Assembly: GCA_965209055.1 (NCBI GenBank)
Contig: OZ242374.1
Span: forward strand, 4,448,001 to 4,512,000
From: Acidobacteriota bacterium
Lineage (GTDB): Bacteria > Acidobacteriota > UBA6911 > RPQK01 > JAJDTT01
Direction of reading: 5' to 3'
DNA: 64,000 bases
Shown: positions 57,871 through 64,000 of the stretch, in pieces
Layout: every line of letters begins with the position of its first letter
How positions within the stretch are numbered: position 1 is the stretch's first letter
The notes under the pieces: generated by a model
The model's database searches: none
What the model saw: the letters and a program-made list of their open reading frames with translations, nothing else
What the model was told of the DNA's origin: nothing
Translations under genes and position numbers: made by a program

Positions 57871-59408
57871 AACGCAGGTGGACGCCGATCCTTATGCGAC
57901 CGCCGGTTCTTGCGCTTCTCTTCCCCACGTTCTGCTGGAGCCTCCACTCGGAGGTCCTGGATGTCGGTTCGCGGCTGGAGTTGTTCGTGGAACCTTCCCT
58001 GGTGGAAGAGCTTCGGGGCGAGGCCCGGCTCCAACTGCAGCGTCCGATTCCCAGGGAGGCGGTCCTGGTGACCGACCGGCCCTGGGAGGGGAACGCCTGC
58101 TTCACCTTCACCATCTTTCAGGACGGAAACCTCTACCGGATGTACTACCGGGGCTGGCACTTCGAGACCGGGAAGAGGCTCGAATTTCCGCGCCGGCAGG
58201 TGACCTGCTATGCCGAGAGCCTCGACGGGGTCCACTGGTACCGGCCCCAACTGGGCCTGGTGGAGTTCGAGGGGTCCACGCGGAACAACATCCTCATGGA
58301 TCGGCTTGCAGACGGCGACATCATCCGCAACTTCGTCCCCTTCAAGGACCCCAATCCGGCCGCCTCGCCCGACGCACGCTACAAGGCTCTCTCCTGGAGC
58401 CGGCTCCGGGGGCTCTACGCGTGGAAGTCGGCCGACGCCATCCACTGGGAGCTGATGACGGACCGCCTGGTCATCACCCAGGGCTACTTCGACTCCCAGA
58501 ACCTGGCCTTCTGGGATTCGTTCCGGAACGAGTACCGTGAATACCACCGCGACTTCCGGCCGACCGCGGAGAATCAGCCGAGGACCAGGGGCATCCGGGA
58601 CGTCATGACCGGAACCTCCCAGGACTTTCTGAATTGGACCGACCCGGTCTGGCTCAGCTATCGGGGCTCCGCCGACGTGCAGCTCTACACCAACCAGATC
58701 ATCCCGTATTACCGGGCTCCCCACATCCTGCTGGGGTTTCCCAACCGCTACATCGAACGGGGATGGTCCGACTCCATGAGAGCCCTCCCGGGTTTGGAGC
58801 ACCGCCGGTTGCGGGCCGCCATCAGTCTCCGGTACGGCACGGTATTGACCGAGGGCCTCCTGATGGCAAGCCGGGACCGGGTCCGATTCCACCGCTGGCC
58901 GGAGGCCTTCATCCGGCCCGGCCTGAGACCGGTGGACAACTGGACCTACGGCGACAACGTCCAGAACTGGGGCCTGGTGGAAACCCGCAGCCACATCGAG
59001 GGGGCTCCCAACGAGATCTCCATGTACGCCACCGAGGGCTATTGGAGAGGCAAGAGTCTCAACCTGCGGCGTTTCACCCTACGGCTCGACGGCTTCGTGG
59101 CCGTATCCGCGCCCATGTCAGGCGGAGAGATCGTCACTCGCCCCATTCGCTTCCAGGGAGACCGCCTGCTGCTGAACTTCTCCACCTCAGCGGCGGGAAG
59201 CCTGAGGGTCGAGATCCAGGACGCCGCGGGAAGACCCATGGAGGGCTACGGCCTGGAGGATTGCCCTCCCACGTTCGGCGACGAACTGGAGCGGGAGGTC
59301 CGCTGGAAGCAGGGTCCGGAGGTCGGCGGACTGGCGGGTCAAACCGTGCGTCTTCGCTTCGTTTTAATGGACGCGGACCTCTTCGCCTTTCGTTTCACCG
59401 CCCGGTGA
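57867..59408 (+). CDS. Secreted hypothetical protein, glycoside-hydrolase beta-propeller-like
   Basis: Signal peptide, YRMYY, YAESLDG.HW, FDSQN, LRLDGFV and a C-terminal beta-sandwich. Coupled to the SSS transporter. Confidence 0.7.
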   Translation: MKRRWTPILMRPPVLALLFPTFCWSLHSEVLDVGSRLELFVEPSLVEELRGEARLQLQRPIPREAVLVTDRPWEGNACFTFTIFQDGNLYRMYYRGWHFETGKRLEFPRRQVTCYAESLDGVHWYRPQLGLVEFEGSTRNNILMDRLADGDIIRNFVPFKDPNPAASPDARYKALSWSRLRGLYAWKSADAIHWELMTDRLVITQGYFDSQNLAFWDSFRNEYREYHRDFRPTAENQPRTRGIRDVMTGTSQDFLNWTDPVWLSYRGSADVQLYTNQIIPYYRAPHILLGFPNRYIERGWSDSMRALPGLEHRRLRAAISLRYGTVLTEGLLMASRDRVRFHRWPEAFIRPGLRPVDNWTYGDNVQNWGLVETRSHIEGAPNEISMYATEGYWRGKSLNLRRFTLRLDGFVAVSAPMSGGEIVTRPIRFQGDRLLLNFSTSAAGSLRVEIQDAAGRPMEGYGLEDCPPTFGDELEREVRWKQGPEVGGLAGQTVRLRFVLMDADLFAFRFTAR

Positions 59409-59418
59409 GGAATTTGCG

Positions 59419-60549
59419 TCAATCCCCCGTCTGGGCCGGCTCTTCGGGATAGCGAAGATGCCAGGCACACCGGCCACAGCAGGTCTTGCCCAGACGATCG
59501 AAGATTCCGCCGTGGTGGTGCAGTTCCGGATGCCGGTCGTTGGCCCGGCAGAGAGGCCATCTCCGGCCGTCCGCCTCGTGGTAGCCGGCAAACGAGGGAC
59601 AGTCCTCCCGGACCACGCCGTCACCGTCCTGTGGAAGATCGATGCGATCGGGCAGTTCCGCCGGTCCCCGGCGCCAGGCCCGCAGCATGCCGGCTCCCTT
59701 GGCCAGGGCATCGGCGGCCAGATCGCCGTTTGCGGCATCGGCCGGCCGCAAGACGAAGCAATCGGGATCGTCGGCCATGATGGTGGCCATGAACCGGCGG
59801 AAGACGCGGGCCCGGATCAACCCCGAGTCGCTGCGTCCGACCTTGCCGGTGGTCATGATCCCCGAGGCCCGGACCACGTCCTGCATGATCCCGGGAAAAT
59901 CGTACTGGATCCGCTTTCCCGTGGCGCAGTAGGAGAGATGGCGGACCTCGGGATGGTAGTAGCCCAGGTAGCCCACCTCCAGGAGGTCCTCGTAGTAGTG
60001 CCAGAGCGTGATGGTGTCGACTCCGACTCCCAGGATGACGATGCAACCGTCCCACTCCACCACTTTCTCGAACGGATTCCCCCGGCCGCACGGCGTGGGG
60101 CACTCCCGCTGTCCCCGCAGGGCATCCCTCCGCCGGGCCCCGTTGGCGATCCAGGAGTGGGTGGGATGGCAGCCTCGCAGGCGGCCGGGGCGTTGGAGAG
60201 CGGCGTTGGGGATCGCCCCCTCCCGGCTGGCCCACTGGCTGGGGCAGAAGTCCTGCGGGCAGACCCCGCGGCAGTCCGGGAGGGCCATATGCTCGGTCCA
60301 GGCGCCTCCCGTGAAGGCCGGTGTCAACAAGGTCCCCTCCGGTCCCATGGCCTCCAGGAAGGCCTCCACCACCGTCGCCGCACCTCCCTCGACCCATCCC
60401 AGGCGGCTCAGGGAGCTGTGCAGCATGACGCAGTCCCCTTTTCGCACCCCGAGCCGAGTGAGATCCTGCGTCAAGCGTTTCCTGGTGATGCTTCGGGGCG
60501 AAGAGGGGATGTTGAGAGAGGTCTCTGCCACTGGCTGCGAGAATGTCAC
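59419..60549 (-). CDS. AAC(3) family N-acetyltransferase with Cys-rich extension
   Basis: LGVRKGD.VMLHSSLSRLGWVEGG, HPTHS and TLWHYYE. Confidence 0.85.
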   Translation of the reverse strand: MTFSQPVAETSLNIPSSPRSITRKRLTQDLTRLGVRKGDCVMLHSSLSRLGWVEGGAATVVEAFLEAMGPEGTLLTPAFTGGAWTEHMALPDCRGVCPQDFCPSQWASREGAIPNAALQRPGRLRGCHPTHSWIANGARRRDALRGQRECPTPCGRGNPFEKVVEWDGCIVILGVGVDTITLWHYYEDLLEVGYLGYYHPEVRHLSYCATGKRIQYDFPGIMQDVVRASGIMTTGKVGRSDSGLIRARVFRRFMATIMADDPDCFVLRPADAANGDLAADALAKGAGMLRAWRRGPAELPDRIDLPQDGDGVVREDCPSFAGYHEADGRRWPLCRANDRHPELHHHGGIFDRLGKTCCGRCAWHLRYPEEPAQTGD

Positions 60550-60761
60550 AGCACCCGAAACGGATCAAGACGTCTCGGATCTGAGGATTCCTCTATATTG
60601 TGGCCCCAAGCAAGCAGCGCAACAGGGACTGGTCCAACTACGAGCCCATTGAGATCCGAATGACGAGCGTTGTCGTTGGTGACAACATATGGCATGCGCA
60701 CAAGGACACGCCCCATCGGATGGATTCGGGCGGCACGGATATCGGGTCCGCCCGCGCCGAT

Positions 60762-60886
60762 CGGGGAAATCGGAGGTGGACGGGAGCGCCCCCCTTTTCG
60801 CTGCCCGGATCGGGCACGGCGGCGTTGCGCAACTTACCTTTGCGCAACGCCGCCTGGGGGGGCGCTCCCGTCCCATCAATCCTTGC
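60762..60886 (+). ncRNA. Candidate structured RNA/ssDNA element, copy B
   Basis: 17-bp outer stem (60778-60794/60857-60873) with inner 6-bp and 15-bp hairpins. Homologous to 47832-47959. Confidence 0.6.
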
Positions 60887-61016
60887 GGACTGTTTCCCTA
60901 AAGCCCATAAACCATTCTCTATAATAGAGTTATGAGATTTCCACCACCGCTCTTCCCCCCATTCTTTCCACCGGGATGAATCGGATGTCTTTGGCCCTTC
61001 GTGGCCGTGAACGGAC

Positions 61017-61368
61017 GTAACCGTTCGGTCAAGCCGTGGAGATCGACTTCCTGAGCCGGCCCTGCGGCCTCGCGCTCAAAGAGAGACAAACACCTGACGA
61101 AGGGCCACCTCTCCACCTCCAACGGGGTGGAGGCACAGACCGGATAATGTGCCCCATGGTGTCAGAACGATGCGGGTGTCAGAACGATGCGGTCGAATCG
61201 CGTGCCGTACAAAGATTTTGCGGCCGACGATCACCTGCCGCTATCCTTTCCCACGGAGATCTTACTGCCGCGAAGAGTGGTTCAAGCCCGACAGCAACCC
61301 AACGGGAATTGATCACTGCGGCGAGGATGCCGACCGACCTCTCTTCCACGGCTTGACCGAACGGTTAC
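61017..61368. mobile_element. Internally deleted IS/MITE with 24-bp perfect TIRs (IS66-like GTAA ends)
   Basis: gtaaccgttcggtcaagccgtgga (61017-61040) is the exact reverse complement of 61345-61368. Confidence 0.8.
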
Positions 61369-62045
61369 CCTTGGACTCCATGGACGAGTTTCGAGCCTCA
61401 ACTCGAAACCAAGCCGCCTAGCGTGGGAGTCGGTGAAGCGCCACCGAAGGCGCGAATTGGATCCGGAAAGCCATCGAGCAGGATCATGCCATGGCCCTGC
61501 TTGCGCTCCGTTACTTTGACGGCCAGGGACTCGAAAAAGCCGCCGCCGTGGCCGAGAGGTGGGTGCGCAAGGCCGCACGACAAGGCAATACCTTCGCTTC
61601 TGACCTTATCGGTCTCGGGAACCTAGATCCGCGATCCGGAAACAAGGGCCAGAGGACGACACCCTGATCCCTGCCCGTGACCCTCTGATATTCGCCCGGT
61701 GGAGCGGTCCGCCGCTGCCCTCTCCTTGCCCGATTTGGTGAGCCCATTGGAGTGAAAAACGAGGCAAGGTTCCTATCCGTCGGGTCGACAACTCCTCCTG
61801 CACTTCGGCCAAAAGGTTTTCCATCGCATCATTAAATACTGTCGGGAGGCCCCTCGTTACCTGGAGGAATAGACCTGGATGCCCGCTCACTCCCTAAGAA
61901 TTTCCTATCCTAGCGAACAAAGATCCGCGACTTTCTTTCTGGCGGCGCCCTTGGGTTCGAGTTTGCGGGTCTCGTCGGAGCCAACTACAGCACTGGGGCG
62001 ATTCTCTCGATTCCCGCCAGGGACTTCTCAGCCCCCTTATAGCGT

Positions 62046-62381
62046 GTGAATTGGAATCGCATCAGTTCGAGGTCCCTGATCGTCATCGGCGTGGTCGCCT
62101 TCATCGTCTGCTTATTGGGTTTCTTTGGGGCCATCTTCAAAGTTCCCTTTCTCGGGTCCGGCATTTGGGTTGCCGGCATCACTCTGAGCGCAATCTGGAC
62201 CCGGGACGCCATTCTATGCCTACTGGCAGAGAAGGCGGCATGTCAAGCAAATGTCCTCACTGCGGAGAAGCACCTGCGTAAGGTTCGGATGTTGCAAAAG
62301 AAGGACAGAGCGATCAGGTGGGAGTACGAACTGGGCCGAGATGTCGGATGCAAAAAAGGGAAATCCCATTGGTTGTCCTGA
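62046..62381 (+). CDS. Small hypothetical membrane protein
   Basis: Two hydrophobic helices followed by a basic tail. No recognised family. Confidence 0.45.
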   Translation: MNWNRISSRSLIVIGVVAFIVCLLGFFGAIFKVPFLGSGIWVAGITLSAIWTRDAILCLLAEKAACQANVLTAEKHLRKVRMLQKKDRAIRWEYELGRDVGCKKGKSHWLS

Positions 62382-62560
62382 TACCAGCCCCGATCGTTCT
62401 GGTCGGAGACGCTAAATCCACGGTTCAGAACATCGGCGAAGAGATGCTGATCGCCCCCATTTGCAGGATGTCGCATGGCTACAGCACTACGGTTGTGGTC
62501 AGAGATGCCGCGCTGCTGCTGAACTTCCTCGGATTCTGAAGGGATAAAAAGAAGGTTGCC

Positions 62561-63298
62561 ATGAAGTCAATGTCCGTTTTCGTATCCGTACTCCTGTTGT
62601 TAGTCCCCGCCACCAGTCTCGCCCAGGAGAAGGAGCTTGTCGCGCCGATATTCACGCAGGTCGATCCGTTGCGCTCTTGGCTCTCCATTTCGGAATCTTC
62701 GGGCCGGTATGTCGTAGTGGAAGTGCGGGAGTACACGAACGCGGGAGAGAGAGCGCACGAGAGGAGCTACTTTCTCGACCCCAATACAATTGTCGCTTAT
62801 TCCGCATACGCTGATTTGGGCATTGGTCCCGTCGCGAAGAACGGATGGGCACGGGTGACTTTTCCGGACGACCGAGACCTGCATATCGTCAGTACAACAT
62901 GGGACTACAGTCGGCGCGGTAGGTACGCTGAGTCCCAGCTTGTAGAACCTGCCCCGGCGTTCCGCCTGTTCGCCAAGTCAACGTCCGAAGGAGAAACAGG
63001 GATCGCCATCGTCAACCCGACGTCGGAGACGCAGACAGTCTCCGTGGCCTTTCACGAGTATCACCCGCGCTACAAGAACGTGACAGAGAAGGAGTGGGAA
63101 ATTGAAGCCGGGAACAGATTGAGCATGTTCCTTTCAGAATGGCTTCCCCTGGAAGAATTCGAAGGCGACGAGCACTGGTTCACTGGCATCGTGCGAGTCC
63201 AAGGGGAAACCGTCATCGCTGTGGGAGCTCTCACTTACTCACTGGCGACGGAGTGGTTTGAGACGGTTCTTGTTACAGAGGAGAACGGCGATGAGTAA
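62561..63298 (+). CDS. Hypothetical secreted protein
   Basis: Signal peptide ending SLA-QE, GWARV, ETGIAIVNP and FLSEWLP. Confidence 0.75.
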   Translation: MKSMSVFVSVLLLLVPATSLAQEKELVAPIFTQVDPLRSWLSISESSGRYVVVEVREYTNAGERAHERSYFLDPNTIVAYSAYADLGIGPVAKNGWARVTFPDDRDLHIVSTTWDYSRRGRYAESQLVEPAPAFRLFAKSTSEGETGIAIVNPTSETQTVSVAFHEYHPRYKNVTEKEWEIEAGNRLSMFLSEWLPLEEFEGDEHWFTGIVRVQGETVIAVGALTYSLATEWFETVLVTEENGDE

Positions 63299-64000
63299 GG
63301 ATACTGCCGTGAAGTCAATATCTGCGTTCGTGCTCGGTCTTTTCCTGCTCCCGTTGCTTCTCGGCGCCGGAAACAACAACCCGCTCACAACGACACCCCA
63401 GCCGCTCAAGGTTCTGATTGCCCCGATCTACCCTCAGACCTGGCCCCTGAGGACCTCTGTCACCCTGTTCGAAGCTCGTGGCCGAGCGATGGGGTTCTAC
63501 CTCCATGAGTTCACTGAAACGGGACATTACGTCGTGGGAGGAGGATTCCGTCACTTTATCGGCGCCAATTCCAGCGAGTCCTTATCCTTCTTCCATGACT
63601 TCTCAGGAAGGACAGTTGGAAACGGCGGCTGGGCGCGGTACACGTATCCAAGCCAGGATCGGGAGCTTCGGGGATTCGTCAATATTACGAAGCACAAAGA
63701 AGGCGAGCCGGAGTTTACGGTCCGGACGAGAGCGGTGGAACCAGCCAAGGGCTTTCGACTCCTGGCCTATCGTGGGGGCAACGAGGAGACGGCTATCTCA
63801 ATCGTCAACCCTACGGAAGAGGAGCAAGGAGTCACGGTCCGATTGTACGGCGGATGGACCATTCCGATCTCGAACGCAAGACCGGATCCCCGGTTCGTGG
63901 AAAAGTCTTGGACGCTTGGCCCTATGACCCGCCTGAGCCGGTTCCTCTCAGAGTTGCTTCCTATTGAAGGGTATGACGATTCGACAGGCAGAACTGACGA
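63291..64000 (+). CDS. Hypothetical secreted protein, paralog of the preceding gene (partial; runs off the right edge)
   Basis: Manual translation gives ...LIAPIYPQTWPLR...GWARY...VEPAKGFRL...ETAISIVNPT...RLSRFLSELLP, which aligns with 62561-63298. Confidence 0.78.
   Translation, partial: MSKDTAVKSISAFVLGLFLLPLLLGAGNNNPLTTTPQPLKVLIAPIYPQTWPLRTSVTLFEARGRAMGFYLHEFTETGHYVVGGGFRHFIGANSSESLSFFHDFSGRTVGNGGWARYTYPSQDRELRGFVNITKHKEGEPEFTVRTRAVEPAKGFRLLAYRGGNEETAISIVNPTEEEQGVTVRLYGGWTIPISNARPDPRFVEKSWTLGPMTRLSRFLSELLPIEGYDDSTGRTD

Noticed and set aside
60603-60639. gccccaagcaagcagcgcaacagggactggtccaact loosely resembles the predicted attP junction
   Set aside because: The alignment needs several gaps and cannot be distinguished from chance, although it lies close to structure copy B.

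Overview
High-GC bacterial chromosomal window (roughly mid-60s % GC by eye, not computed). Gene content suggests an Acidobacteria-like heterotroph, which is an inference. Most of the window is metabolic and transport genes: partial leuB, a DtxR/MntR regulator, trxB, MscS, Gfo/Idh/MocA oxidoreductases, two HpcH aldolases, a Dpp/Opp ABC operon, ferredoxin, cytochrome c peroxidase, hflX, a TonB receptor, YfhO/GT2, dioxygenases and tandem dipeptidases, plus tRNA-Arg(CCG) and tRNA-Glu(TTC). The most unusual feature is a ~2.8 kb tyrosine-integrase element (47132-49913). It is inserted into the palindromic core GGGACTGTTAGTCCC of a REP-like intergenic repeat, and an intact copy of that repeat lies 2.3 kb upstream. 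The element's right end carries a degenerate tRNA 5' half whose anticodon arm is that same core. It also has lambda-like arm and IHF-like sites and about 570 bp of highly structured non-coding DNA. Part of that structure recurs at 60.8 kb with compensatory base changes. Other accessory signals are a MITE inserted in a CTAG shared by two convergent stop codons, a 4.5 kb islet bounded by a duplicated gene 3' end, an IS66-like remnant, a DUF262+HEPN defence-like pair, a tandem-Cache/solute-binding-protein fusion, a probable non-canonical start for hflX and two pseudogenes. No CRISPR array or rRNA was seen. Product calls come from motif recognition, not database searches.
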